64,000 nucleotides of DNA from a virus. The stretch lies in the IMG/VR virus record IMGVR_UViG_3300046808_001301. One strand, written 5' to 3'. A program made the position numbers and the translations under genes. Below, in pieces: positions 36,157 through 46,210 of this stretch. The notes under the pieces were generated by a model. That model worked only from the letters and a program-made list of their open reading frames with translations. It did not search any database and was not told where the DNA came from. Position 1 is the stretch's first letter, and the number at the start of each line of letters is the position of its first letter.

Positions 36157-36264
36157 ATGAGCAAGAAAACTACCAATCGCCAAGTCAAAACAATTAAAAG
36201 CGGAAATGTAACAATTAGAAAGACTGTTACTGTGACTAAGACTATTAAATCTCGTAAGAAGTAA
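36157..36264 (+). CDS. 35-aa basic peptide
   Basis: Hand-translated MSKKTTNRQVKTIKSGNVTIRKTVTVTKTIKSRKK; TAATG coupling to queD. Confidence 0.55.
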   Translation: MSKKTTNRQVKTIKSGNVTIRKTVTVTKTIKSRKK

Positions 36265-36728
36265 TGAGCTACGTTTCTACAAAAATTATTGAACTAGGTT
36301 CGTGCGCATTTCGTCAACCAAATGCTGCATTCGATAGACCAGGAGCTGGAGTCAATTCTAAAAGATGTAGTTTTGTGCATGGATACAAACTTCAAGCAAA
36401 GTTTTGGTTTGAGTGCAGCAATCTAGATGATAAAAACTGGGTTGTAGATTTTGGAGGCCTCGGTAATCTCAAATTGATGCTTCAACATCAATTCGATCAC
36501 ACTTTAACAATTGATAAAGCTGATCCTTTACTTCCTTTATTCGAGGAACTCCATAAACAAGGAGGTTGCGACCTTCGAGTAATGGATGGAGTTGGTATAG
36601 AAAAAGTTGCTGAATGGTGCTTCAAACTAGCCAAGCAACATATACAAGAAATTACAAATAACCGCTGTTGGGTTTCCAAGGTGGAAGTATGGGAACACGA
36701 CAAAAATAGTGCAATTTACACAGAATAA
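36264..36728 (+). CDS. queD: 6-carboxy-5,6,7,8-tetrahydropterin synthase
   Basis: C.FVHGY, WVVDFG, FDH, GIE, KVEVWEH..NSA. Confidence 0.9.
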   Translation: MSYVSTKIIELGSCAFRQPNAAFDRPGAGVNSKRCSFVHGYKLQAKFWFECSNLDDKNWVVDFGGLGNLKLMLQHQFDHTLTIDKADPLLPLFEELHKQGGCDLRVMDGVGIEKVAEWCFKLAKQHIQEITNNRCWVSKVEVWEHDKNSAIYTE

Positions 36729-36735
36729 AAAATTT

Positions 36736-37500
36736 ATGAACGACATCAATATTGAAAAGGAAACGTTGTTCTTATCAGACGATAAGATATTTTACACAGT
36801 TGAAGGAGAAGGAGAGTATATTGGCCAGCCATCAGTCTTTATGCGCATGTCTATGTGCAATCTTACTTGTAAAGGGTTTGCTTCTGAAGATAGTCCAAAC
36901 GGTTGCGATTCTTTTATTTCTTGGTCAATAAAAAATAAAATGACTTTCAAAGAAATATTTGAAATGATGGAGGAAAAGAACTACGTTGAGCATCTTCGCA
37001 ATAGAGCTATTTTTAAATTAACTGGAGGTGAGCCTTTGATTCAAGAAAAACAACTTCTTAAATTTATGGAAGCGTTTAATGACCGATATGGGTTTAATCC
37101 TCGTATCGATTTCGAAACAAATGCTACTCTTGTTCCAAATGAGCGTTGGATTACAGATTTTTGCGCTACATTTACTACATCACCAAAACTTACTACAAAC
37201 GGAGATCCAGAAGAAAAAACATACAAGCCTGACGTACTGAAATGGCACGTTGCTCACAATTCAGGGTTTAAATTTGTCATTAGTTCAGATTACGACATTG
37301 AAGAAATTTGGAAAAAGTATGTAGATGATTATGAAGGAGTCAACGTGCATCTTCATAGAGTTTGGTTTATGCCTTGTTGCGGATCCAGACAAGAACACAT
37401 TGAAAGAGCTCCTGCTGTTGCTGAATACGCAAAAGCTATGCATGTAAATTTTAGTCCGAGACTTCATTTGCTAGTTTGGGACAAAGCATTGAAAGTATAA
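36736..37500 (+). CDS. queE: 7-carboxy-7-deazaguanine synthase (radical SAM)
   Basis: FYTVEGEG..IG.PSVFMR..CNLTC(x11)CDS, TGGEPL, ETN, SPKL, PRLH. Confidence 0.92.
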   Translation: MNDINIEKETLFLSDDKIFYTVEGEGEYIGQPSVFMRMSMCNLTCKGFASEDSPNGCDSFISWSIKNKMTFKEIFEMMEEKNYVEHLRNRAIFKLTGGEPLIQEKQLLKFMEAFNDRYGFNPRIDFETNATLVPNERWITDFCATFTTSPKLTTNGDPEEKTYKPDVLKWHVAHNSGFKFVISSDYDIEEIWKKYVDDYEGVNVHLHRVWFMPCCGSRQEHIERAPAVAEYAKAMHVNFSPRLHLLVWDKALKV

Positions 37501-37522
37501 AAATACACTATAATTAAAGACC

Positions 37523-38179
37523 ATGCGCATCGCTTTTATTGGTCCTCAAAATTCTGGCAAAACCACTTTAATCAATCAATTTATTGAGCAATGGCCTATG
37601 TACAAACGGCCGGAAAAAACGTACAGAGACATAATCAAAGAAAAGAATTTACCAATCAATAAAAGCGGAACGCCTGAGTCTCAAAAAGAAATTCTTAATG
37701 CCTTAGTGGATGAAGTACAACAAGCTGTTGCCACAGGCGACAAATACTTAGTGTTCGATAGATGTGTCGTAGATAATATTGCTTATACTCTTTGGCATTA
37801 CGCAAAAGATACGCCCGGGTTTACTACTGAGTTTGTTATTGATTCAAAAACAATTGCAGCTATTGGTCTGAAGTATATAGATGTAATATTTTATGTGCCT
37901 TCTAGAAAAGAAATTCCAGTAGAAGAAAAAGAAGGCAGAGAAACAGACGAAGTATATAGAGAAGAAATTAACAACTTGTTTGAATCTCTCGTTGCTTCAT
38001 ATGAAAAAAATACTGGAGCTTTCTTTCCAAAAGAAGATTGTCCCGCTGTAATCAAATTAGACGGACCACCGGACATGAGATTGCCTCAGATTAAATTGTA
38101 TATCAAAGATAACGGAAACGGATACGGAGAAGAAGACGGTTCGTTAATTGATGCTTCTAACGTAAAATTAGACGAGTGA
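37523..38179 (+). CDS. P-loop nucleoside/nucleotide kinase (AAA_28/NadR-like)
   Basis: GPQNSGKTT, FDRCVVDNIAY. Confidence 0.75.
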   Translation: MRIAFIGPQNSGKTTLINQFIEQWPMYKRPEKTYRDIIKEKNLPINKSGTPESQKEILNALVDEVQQAVATGDKYLVFDRCVVDNIAYTLWHYAKDTPGFTTEFVIDSKTIAAIGLKYIDVIFYVPSRKEIPVEEKEGRETDEVYREEINNLFESLVASYEKNTGAFFPKEDCPAVIKLDGPPDMRLPQIKLYIKDNGNGYGEEDGSLIDASNVKLDE

Positions 38180-38185
38180 CAATTT

Positions 38186-38935
38186 ATGGATAAAAATTTG
38201 CTAATCTGTATAGCTCATCATTATACAGAAAATACTTTTAATTTAGTTTGCAATTTGATTACAAACATTCAAACTACATATACGTGCAAGCATAAGATAG
38301 TTGTTCACGTTAATACGGATTACTGCAAAGAACTGTTGAATAATAAATTTAAAGATTTAGAGGTAATAGTATCCCGCCAATTGGCTCATCCTCACCATCT
38401 TACTTGGCAACACAGACAGTACATGAAGGATAACATACATAATTACGACGCATTTATGTATGTTGAAGACGACATGGTCGTAAACTACGACCAAGTTTGC
38501 AATCACTTAGATCAATTTAATCGGTTGTGGCCAAATTACGTACCCGCTTTCGTTAGATATGAAATAAAAGACGGAACAAATACTAAGTACTCTACTGATC
38601 TTCTTGATAAAATTATCATTAACCGTTCTGATTTGCGTATCGTTGACGGAGTTCCGTTTGTGGAGCACCCTATATACAATGCTTGTTGGTTATGTCCAAA
38701 AGAAGTTTTAATAAATGAAATTAATAAATCTTCTTTTATTAGCGGATCAGAACGGGAAATGGCTGCATTTTTTGTAACTTTGACTTTGGGTAAGCCATGC
38801 TTGATCCAATTAGATAAAGATTCTTACAAATTTTCTGATTTGATACTAATTCATCATTCTTCAAATTTGTATTGTAATCATCAATCAGCATTTGGTAGAC
38901 ATGAAATTGATACAATCTTGTCGATACAAGATTAA
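38186..38935 (+). CDS. GT-A-like glycosyltransferase
   Basis: LTWQHR...FMYVEDD motif. Confidence 0.55.
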   Translation: MDKNLLICIAHHYTENTFNLVCNLITNIQTTYTCKHKIVVHVNTDYCKELLNNKFKDLEVIVSRQLAHPHHLTWQHRQYMKDNIHNYDAFMYVEDDMVVNYDQVCNHLDQFNRLWPNYVPAFVRYEIKDGTNTKYSTDLLDKIIINRSDLRIVDGVPFVEHPIYNACWLCPKEVLINEINKSSFISGSEREMAAFFVTLTLGKPCLIQLDKDSYKFSDLILIHHSSNLYCNHQSAFGRHEIDTILSIQD

Positions 38936-39366
38936 ACCGTAAAAGGCAGCGGCTCTTTAACTCTTAATTGAGAAAATAAATTTCCAAATTTTCTAAAAGA
39001 TGGTTGTTTCTTTAAGCTATTTTCCGCGGCAGTTTCTAAGTCCGGAGAATTAAGATCTATTTTTCCACAATAAGGAAGAGGAATTTCATTTAAAATTCTT
39101 TCAAAATATTTGTCGAAAAACAGGCTAATTTTTTTAGATATGTCTTTTTTGGATATACAAATAACCTTAGGATATTGACTCTGGGTATTTTTGTAATCAG
39201 CTTCAATTGCTCTAATGCAATAGTTTGTGATTAGTCTTCTTCCGTCTCCGCTGTTTAAAGGAATGTTGTGTTTAGAAGCAAACGATATTGCTGTTTTTAA
39301 ACCTTTCTGGAAAGAAGGATACATATCTATTACACAAATTCTGGATTTTGGAAAAGTTTTAATCAT
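38932..39366 (-). CDS. hypothetical protein
   Basis: ORF. Confidence 0.65.
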   Translation of the reverse strand: MIKTFPKSRICVIDMYPSFQKGLKTAISFASKHNIPLNSGDGRRLITNYCIRAIEADYKNTQSQYPKVICISKKDISKKISLFFDKYFERILNEIPLPYCGKIDLNSPDLETAAENSLKKQPSFRKFGNLFSQLRVKEPLPFTV

Positions 39367-39779
39367 TGTTTAAGGTTTTTTGGAGGACGTCCTATGCGGA
39401 CGTTCATTACGCCATTGTAAAATCCATCTTTTAATAAAACTTCTTGTTCAATTTGACGTTTGATTTCTTTATACCCCAATTCCCATTTTGATCCACACCA
39501 ATCAACAATAGTAAATGTGAAATTTTCTTTTCCATACTTAGCAATGTCTTCGTTTAGCTCTTTTGAAGAGCCGGTATAGGTCTTCCAATCCGATTCTTTA
39601 TGGTCAATGCGGTTTCTAGTCTTTCCCTTTAATGGTTTTCTTTTGACTCTGGAAACGCATTGTTTTTTCCCTATATATTTTTTGTTTAATGGGACGCACG
39701 TAATTTCGTAAATAAACCCGAATGCATCTGCTTTTGGATCCAGTCCCTCAAACAGTTGCCAATGGCCGAGCTCGTTCAT
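39363..39779 (-). CDS. GIY-YIG nuclease domain protein
   Basis: GFIYEIT....KKYIGKK...Y.GSS..L..DI.KYG..NF...FYN. Confidence 0.85.
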   Translation of the reverse strand: MNELGHWQLFEGLDPKADAFGFIYEITCVPLNKKYIGKKQCVSRVKRKPLKGKTRNRIDHKESDWKTYTGSSKELNEDIAKYGKENFTFTIVDWCGSKWELGYKEIKRQIEQEVLLKDGFYNGVMNVRIGRPPKNLKQ

Positions 39780-39988
39780 TTCTTCTTGGATTTCTTTTTG
39801 GATTTAAGGCCTCTTCTTGTCAAAACTCCTCCATATAGACTTTTAGGCGTTCTAGCGTCTCCAGGAGCATAATTATCTCCACTAAACGTAGTAGATGTAG
39901 ATTGAACTCCTGAGCCAAGCGCTGATCCAGCTCCGCCAGCAACTGTTGTTTCTGCTAGAATTTCCTCTACGGTTTGTTGAAATTTCAT
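39776..39988 (-). CDS. small late protein with MKF..E leader and basic tail
   Basis: TAAGTA; MKFQQTVEEILAE. Confidence 0.65.
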   Translation of the reverse strand: MKFQQTVEEILAETTVAGGAGSALGSGVQSTSTTFSGDNYAPGDARTPKSLYGGVLTRRGLKSKKKSKKK

Positions 39989-40009
39989 AACAATACTTAT
40001 ATGTTTTTG

Positions 40010-40390
40010 TTGACTTTAAAACATCTTTTAGTAAGCTACCAACATCGCTGTTAGAACTAGCCAGAGCGCGTTTGCGTGGGTCTTCGTGGGAAGATAAAAA
40101 ACAGGAGTCAGCGATTAATAAATTAAAAACATTTCTCGAAGTGCGCAATTGCGTGACCGTTGTTTGGCATATTTTGCCAGGACCGCTCAAGCCAGCCCTT
40201 ATAGGACAACCGAGGGGGCATATCAATCACTAGATTTTTTGAAGCTTGTTAACCCGACTGAGACTCGTTTTACACGGAGTATTAAAGATTGGAGGTTTTC
40301 CCTACACCCGGGGGGACCTCCCTCCTTCGATCTGAATAACCGGAGCTTAAAGATCCTTTATATAAGTTATATAATATTGGGGGAGTGAAT
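40010..40390 (+). other. promoter plus GC-rich hairpin-rich intergenic region (candidate ncRNA or replication origin)
   Basis: TTGACT...TAAGCT; ATCGCTG/CAGCGAT and several other inverted repeats; AT-rich end. Confidence 0.45.
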
Positions 40391-40437
40391 TTTTTTTATT
40401 TGTAGATTTTTTGTTTTTATGGATTATTATTTTTGTA

Positions 40438-40851
40438 ATGAGTGAAAAGAATACAAGTGATCTATTTCTCGAATATCACGAAAAGATTGCAGAGTTTTTA
40501 AAATTTGATGAACTTAACCTTAAAGAGTCTCAGCTAACGCTTGCTTCTGTTCGTCACTACTGGGTCGGTCGGTTAATGTTTCATAAACGAGAAATAGGTA
40601 AATGCAAAAAGATCAAGGATCTCGCAGGAAAAAAATTAAGACATAAGCTTGAAACCGAATCTCCTGTTGGACTTAGTGCTAAAACAATTCATGAATCAAT
40701 AGCTTCTCACGAGGTTATTCAAAAAATTGACGAAGAAATAGCAAATCATGAATTCATTGTAGAATATCTAACTAAAGTAGAAGCAAATTTTAGAGATGCT
40801 CAATACGGAATGACTAATTTAGCTAAAATTATAACACTCGAAACAACCTAA
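40438..40851 (+). CDS. uvsY: UvsY-like recombination mediator
   Basis: Size, helical pattern (LKFDELNL.E...H.W), directly upstream of uvsW. Confidence 0.65.
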   Translation: MSEKNTSDLFLEYHEKIAEFLKFDELNLKESQLTLASVRHYWVGRLMFHKREIGKCKKIKDLAGKKLRHKLETESPVGLSAKTIHESIASHEVIQKIDEEIANHEFIVEYLTKVEANFRDAQYGMTNLAKIITLETT

Positions 40852-42290
40852 TGGATGTATTAATAGATTTTGATTCCGTAGCAAGAAAACCTCAAATTAA
40901 ATCCGACTATTTAGATTTAATCAGAGAAACCTTTTCTGTAGAAGACAAAGCTCTAGTCTTTATGAGAAAGAGACTGGGACGCAACATGCCCGTTCGCAAG
41001 TATGCAATTGCTAATAAAGGACACTTTGATCTTCCGTTTGCTGATCAATTGTGTATAGAATTAAAAGCTAAATTTCCAACAATTAATTTTAAATACACTG
41101 ATTCTTTTAAACACGCCAAACAAATAGACCAGTTAGCACAAAATCATGTTTCACTTAAACTAGAGCCAAGAGACTATCAATCAGAGTCAGCAAATAAAGC
41201 CCTAAATAATGGATTTGGAGTAATTGTGTTGCCTACGTCAGCTGGCAAAACATTAACAATAGCACTAATTGCTCAAACCATTGTTCAAGAAAAAAACTAC
41301 AACATTTTAATTTTAGTTCCAGATATACAATTGGTGCAACAAACATACAAAGACTTTATTGAATATGGAATTTCAGAAAATATAATATCTAAGTGGACAG
41401 GAAGCAATGCCTACAACGAAAACAAAATTGTTATAGCCAATAGTCAAATATTATTATCTAAAAAGCAAGATAAAGATGTGCTGCAAAATTTTCAAGTAGT
41501 ATTTTGTGATGAAGTACACAAATTGGCTACAGCTGACAAAATATCAAAGCTCGTTAAAAACATAAAATGCAAACACAAGTTTGGTTTAACCGGTTCTTTG
41601 CCTGAGAATAATTTTGATGTATGGACCATCAACAGAATATTTGGTCCTATTTTGTACCACAAAAAATCAATTGAGCTAAGGGAAGATAAATTTATCTCAA
41701 ACGTGAGAGTAGTTGGTTTAGAAATTTCATATAAAAATATTCCCGAATTTGCAAGACCTTCTATGTCGGAACCCACAGCTGGATACGAAGAAGAAATTAC
41801 TTGGCTTCATACAAATGAATATAGGAATTCGATTGTAGCCAAGCTCGTCAACAAGTTAGAAACAAATACTCTAATATTAGTGGATAGAATAGTACACGGA
41901 GAGCACTTGCTTGATTATTTGAAAAGCAAAACAGACAAAAAAATTTACTTTATTCAAGGTTCAGTAGAACTTGAAGAGCGTGAAAACATGAGAGCATTAA
42001 TGGAAGAGTCGACCGGCATTGTTTGCATTGCTATATCGAAAATTTTTTCTACGGGTATTTCAATTAAAAATTTACATAATATTATTTTTGCCTCCATAGG
42101 CAAATCTCGCATTAAAATTATTCAATCAATTGGCCGAAGCTTGCGCTTGCATCATACAAAAACAATAGCAACGATATTTGATTTAGCTGATACTTGTTTA
42201 ACTTATGGATATAAACATTTTGAAGAAAGAAAACGTTTATATGTAACTGAAAAAATTCCATTAATTACAAACGAGCTAGTTGAAAATTAA
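40851..42290 (+). CDS. uvsW: SF2 DNA helicase UvsW
   Basis: RDYQ, PTSAGKT, DEVH, GLTGS, FSTGISI, QSIGRSLR. Confidence 0.93.
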   Translation: MDVLIDFDSVARKPQIKSDYLDLIRETFSVEDKALVFMRKRLGRNMPVRKYAIANKGHFDLPFADQLCIELKAKFPTINFKYTDSFKHAKQIDQLAQNHVSLKLEPRDYQSESANKALNNGFGVIVLPTSAGKTLTIALIAQTIVQEKNYNILILVPDIQLVQQTYKDFIEYGISENIISKWTGSNAYNENKIVIANSQILLSKKQDKDVLQNFQVVFCDEVHKLATADKISKLVKNIKCKHKFGLTGSLPENNFDVWTINRIFGPILYHKKSIELREDKFISNVRVVGLEISYKNIPEFARPSMSEPTAGYEEEITWLHTNEYRNSIVAKLVNKLETNTLILVDRIVHGEHLLDYLKSKTDKKIYFIQGSVELEERENMRALMEESTGIVCIAISKIFSTGISIKNLHNIIFASIGKSRIKIIQSIGRSLRLHHTKTIATIFDLADTCLTYGYKHFEERKRLYVTEKIPLITNELVEN

Positions 42291-42320
42291 AAACAAGCCT
42301 GTATAGTAACGCTTTAACAA

Positions 42321-42824
42321 ATGAAAAATCAAAAAATTGCTCCAATTCCTAAGCCAGTAGTAAAACGCGTTAGGAGAACTAAAGAGGAATTGAAGGATGT
42401 ATATATTAATCCTGAAGAAATGGAGAAATTGATTAAAGAGTATTACGGTAATGACATTATTTCAGACAAGCTAGCTGAAATGATTCAAATGATTGCTGTG
42501 AGACTTGCTTTAGCTAGAAACTTTTATTCGTATAGTTTTAAGTCAGAAATGCAAGGAGATGCTATTATTAAAATGATGACGGCTTTGCGCAGAAAAAGAT
42601 ATAAGTGCGACTCTGGGTACAATCCTTTTTCTTACTTCACAAAAGTGGCTTACCATGCTTTTCAAAATTGTATTAAAAAATCCAAAAAAGATTTTGAAAC
42701 GCTTAAACGCTATCAAGAAGAAGTGTATGAAAGTCATATTTGCAGCGGACAAATTCCTTCTCGAAAAAATACTCACAATCCAATGAGCGACGATAATGCA
42801 TCATATAGATACCTTGAAAGTTAA
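42321..42824 (+). CDS. gp55: late transcription sigma factor
   Basis: NFYSYSFKSEMQGDAI, NPFSYFT..AY.AF. Confidence 0.85.
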   Translation: MKNQKIAPIPKPVVKRVRRTKEELKDVYINPEEMEKLIKEYYGNDIISDKLAEMIQMIAVRLALARNFYSYSFKSEMQGDAIIKMMTALRRKRYKCDSGYNPFSYFTKVAYHAFQNCIKKSKKDFETLKRYQEEVYESHICSGQIPSRKNTHNPMSDDNASYRYLES

Positions 42825-43869
42825 TCCAAAAAACAATAAAGTCCTATTCTTTTCCGACCTTCATCTTGGAGTTCATCAAAACTCTCAGACGTGGCACAAC
42901 ATTGCTTTAAATTTAGCTGAGTGGATCAAAGGAGTAATGACGGAAAACAAACTAGACACTATATTTTTTGCAGGTGACGTGTTTCACGATCGTCATGAAA
43001 TTGGTGTTAATACATTGCATATAGCCAAACGGTTTTTCAACAAACTGTCTGATTTCAACATTCATATATTGCCAGGCAACCACGATGCCTTTCTTTCTTC
43101 GACTGTTGAAGTAAATTCAGTAGAAATTTTAGAACACTCTAATGTATTCGTTCACTCTAAACCTACTACTTTATTAGTTGGCGACAAAAAAGTCACATTT
43201 TGTCCTTGGAAAACTAAGTTATCTGAGTTAGAAGCAGTGGATATGCTTGTCGGTCATTTTGAAATACAAAACTTTAGAATGACATCCGCTAAAATTTGTG
43301 ATCACGGAGACAATTCAACTGATTTGTTAGAAAAAGCAAATGCTGTAATTACCGGACACTTTCACACAAGAGAGCACAGGCAGTATGATTCAGGTAAATA
43401 CATTTTGTACCTAGGTTCCCCGTACGAAATGGATTTTGGAGACAGAGAACAACAAAAAGGAGTTACTATTATAGACTTTGATGATTTTAAAACAACGTTT
43501 GTTGAAAATCCAATTACTCCGAAACATTTTAGGCTAAAAATTTCTGAATTAATTTCAAAAAAATACAACAACTTACCTGATATTATTAACAACAATATTG
43601 TTAGTTTGTATGTAGATCAAAAAATTGATACATTAACATTAGATTTATTGATTTCTAAACTTAGTCAATATTCTCCTCTTCAATTCCGCACAGAATTCAA
43701 TATTTTAGATAACGCTCAAATGGACACAAAGGAAGTCAAAAAACTTTCTATAGACATTGAAACAGCTTTTCATGAGTTTATTGATCACGTAGAAACAAGA
43801 GCAACAAAAAAAGAAGTGCTTGATAAATGTTTGGAATTGTATAAAGTATGCCAAACTGTACATGAATAA
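42796..43869 (+). CDS. gp47: recombination endonuclease subunit (Mre11/SbcD-like)
   Basis: SDLHLG, GDVFH, GNHD, GHFE, GHFH, YLGSP. Confidence 0.92.
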   Translation: MHHIDTLKVNPKNNKVLFFSDLHLGVHQNSQTWHNIALNLAEWIKGVMTENKLDTIFFAGDVFHDRHEIGVNTLHIAKRFFNKLSDFNIHILPGNHDAFLSSTVEVNSVEILEHSNVFVHSKPTTLLVGDKKVTFCPWKTKLSELEAVDMLVGHFEIQNFRMTSAKICDHGDNSTDLLEKANAVITGHFHTREHRQYDSGKYILYLGSPYEMDFGDREQQKGVTIIDFDDFKTTFVENPITPKHFRLKISELISKKYNNLPDIINNNIVSLYVDQKIDTLTLDLLISKLSQYSPLQFRTEFNILDNAQMDTKEVKKLSIDIETAFHEFIDHVETRATKKEVLDKCLELYKVCQTVHE

Positions 43870-44713
43870 TAAAGAAAAAATTGGTGTTGGAATTGTCACA
43901 TGCAATCGACCTGAATATCTTAACGGTTTGTTGAGCTCGTTAGTAAAAAGCAATTCTGACATCGACGAAATGGTAGTAGTCAATGATGGCACTCCCGTTG
44001 AACACTTTGACCTTTTTAAGGGAAAGTGGCTTAATAACAAAACGAACTTAGGTGTAGCTAAATCTAAAAACAAAGTACTAGATTATTTGACAAACAAACA
44101 ATGCAAGTATATTTTTGTTTTGGAAGACGATATCGTAATAAAGGACAGCACCGTTTTTACTCAATACGTTGAAGCTTGCAAAGTAAGTGGCATTCAGCAT
44201 TTTAATTACGGGCCTGGGTCTCCTTTTAATCGCGTTCAAACTATTCAAAATCCAGATTTACACAATAGACATTTGTTAGACGAAAAATCGAAGCCAAATC
44301 CCAAACTCATTGTAGATTACAATACTTGTAAAATAGCTTTATATGAACATACAGTTGCTATGTTTTCGTTTTTCACAGCAAATGTTATTAAAAACGTTGG
44401 TTATTATCCAGAAGAATACGACAGGTGTTGGGAGCACGTGGATCACACATATCAAATTATTAAAGCTGGATATCATCCTCCGTTTTGGTGGTTTGCTGAT
44501 TTAGCAAACAGTCATGAATTAATTGAAGAAGCTCCAGGAGCTATTGAAAATTCATCAATAGCTAAAGACAAGACAGAATGGATGGAAAGAGTAATGCAAG
44601 GAAGAGAAATATACAAGACAAAACACGGCCACTACCCAAACCAACCTCCTCTTGTTACTCAGCAGCAAGTTATTGACATTTTAAAAAGTATAAAAAACTC
44701 AAAAGAAAAATGA
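43862..44713 (+). CDS. glycosyltransferase family 2
   Basis: GIVTCNR, VVNDG, NLGVA..KN, LEDD, EHVD. Confidence 0.85.
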   Translation: MNNKEKIGVGIVTCNRPEYLNGLLSSLVKSNSDIDEMVVVNDGTPVEHFDLFKGKWLNNKTNLGVAKSKNKVLDYLTNKQCKYIFVLEDDIVIKDSTVFTQYVEACKVSGIQHFNYGPGSPFNRVQTIQNPDLHNRHLLDEKSKPNPKLIVDYNTCKIALYEHTVAMFSFFTANVIKNVGYYPEEYDRCWEHVDHTYQIIKAGYHPPFWWFADLANSHELIEEAPGAIENSSIAKDKTEWMERVMQGREIYKTKHGHYPNQPPLVTQQQVIDILKSIKNSKEK

Positions 44714-45483
44714 ACGAAATTGTAACATACGGACAAGGTTATAAACTAAGCTCAGGAATTAAAGTATTTGTTCAAAGTGCTAAACAGCATTGTAATACCT
44801 TAACGATAATTTCTTGCGGACTAACACGGGATTTAGAGCAGTATTTAAATGACAACAATGTTAATGTAGTTGATGCTGAATCTTTAGCCACAAAGTTTAA
44901 CATCCAGACATCTTTATCGCCATATACTTTAAAAGTAATTTATTTTTATTTGTACTGCAAACATTACTCAACCTCGTCCAAATTATATCTGTGTGATTTG
45001 ACAGACGTATATATCCAAAAATCTCCGTTTAGTTTAATTACAAACGACAAACCATACGTTACGAGCGAAAATTTTAATATATGCAATTGTCCGACTAACA
45101 CAACGTGGCTGAATTTATGTTATAATTCCGACATATATAATTTAACAAAAAAATACGAGATTATTAACGGAGGAAGCATATTAGGAAACATCGAATCTGT
45201 AACAGCGTTGCTTAAAGAGATGTGCACAGACATGACTCATGTCATATCCCGAATAGGGAATTATCAAAATATTGATCAAGCAGTTTTAAACAAAATTGTA
45301 TATTTTGATCAATATAGATACAACATTTTAAAAAGCTTTGAAATTGCTAACCTAGCTCACTTTGGAACAGCCAAGGTAGAAACAAACTCAGTTATCACAA
45401 TTAATAACAAAGAGCCTCATGTTATACACCAATACGATGTAATTAAATCATTAGAAAACTACTTGTATGTCAAATTTCAATAA
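44710..45483 (+). CDS. GT-A-like glycosyltransferase
   Basis: CDLTDVYIQ.SPF, INGG...G, DQAVLN, VIHQYD. Confidence 0.7.
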   Translation: MNEIVTYGQGYKLSSGIKVFVQSAKQHCNTLTIISCGLTRDLEQYLNDNNVNVVDAESLATKFNIQTSLSPYTLKVIYFYLYCKHYSTSSKLYLCDLTDVYIQKSPFSLITNDKPYVTSENFNICNCPTNTTWLNLCYNSDIYNLTKKYEIINGGSILGNIESVTALLKEMCTDMTHVISRIGNYQNIDQAVLNKIVYFDQYRYNILKSFEIANLAHFGTAKVETNSVITINNKEPHVIHQYDVIKSLENYLYVKFQ

Positions 45484-46210
45484 TAAATTCGATGTAATTG
45501 TGTTGTCTTTGGCAGTTGATGAAGACAGCTTTCAAACCACTAAAAAATGTGTCGATTCTTACATCGACACAGCCAATGAATTAATCAACAATATATACGT
45601 ATTAGAAACTAATTCTAAATTTGACAAAAATTACAATCAACAAAAAGTGTCAGTAATTAAACCAAACAAACCGTTTAATTACAATCAATTTTACAACATA
45701 GGATTAAAGCAATGCAACTCTGAATATATTATTGGACCGAACAATGATTTAATAATCCAACCAGGTTGTCTTCAAACAATCTTAACTGAATTTCAGACAA
45801 ACAAACAAATAAGTTCTATTTCTCCTATAGACAGAGAATGGCACAGACACACAAAAATGTATTTGCCAACAGACAATAAGCTCTATTATGGATATGAAGT
45901 ATCGCTCCATATGTTTGGATGTATCTTTGCTTGTCGAAAATCAGTGTTCGACAAAATAGGGTTTTTAGATGAAAGATTTTACTTCTTTTATCAAGACAAC
46001 GACTACATAATGTCTCTCGAACGATGCAACTTGCTCCACGGAGTACACACAGGAGCTAGAGTCAAGCACCAGTCAGGACATTCAAACAAATACGCAGAAG
46101 ATAGATTAAAATATACCCCCAACAACATGCATGAACAGGGAGAATTGTTCATGAAAAAATGGTTCAACGAAGAGCCATACAAATCAGGTGGGTTTAAACC
46201 AGCAAATTAA
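45467..46210 (+). CDS. glycosyltransferase family 2
   Basis: FNYN..YN.G, NNDL, GFLDE.F..FYQDND. Confidence 0.85.
   Translation: MSNFNNKFDVIVLSLAVDEDSFQTTKKCVDSYIDTANELINNIYVLETNSKFDKNYNQQKVSVIKPNKPFNYNQFYNIGLKQCNSEYIIGPNNDLIIQPGCLQTILTEFQTNKQISSISPIDREWHRHTKMYLPTDNKLYYGYEVSLHMFGCIFACRKSVFDKIGFLDERFYFFYQDNDYIMSLERCNLLHGVHTGARVKHQSGHSNKYAEDRLKYTPNNMHEQGELFMKKWFNEEPYKSGGFKPAN

Noticed and set aside
39363-39779. Mobile intron or homing element
   Set aside because: A short GIY-YIG domain with no DNA-binding extension and no interrupted gene or intron structure around it.
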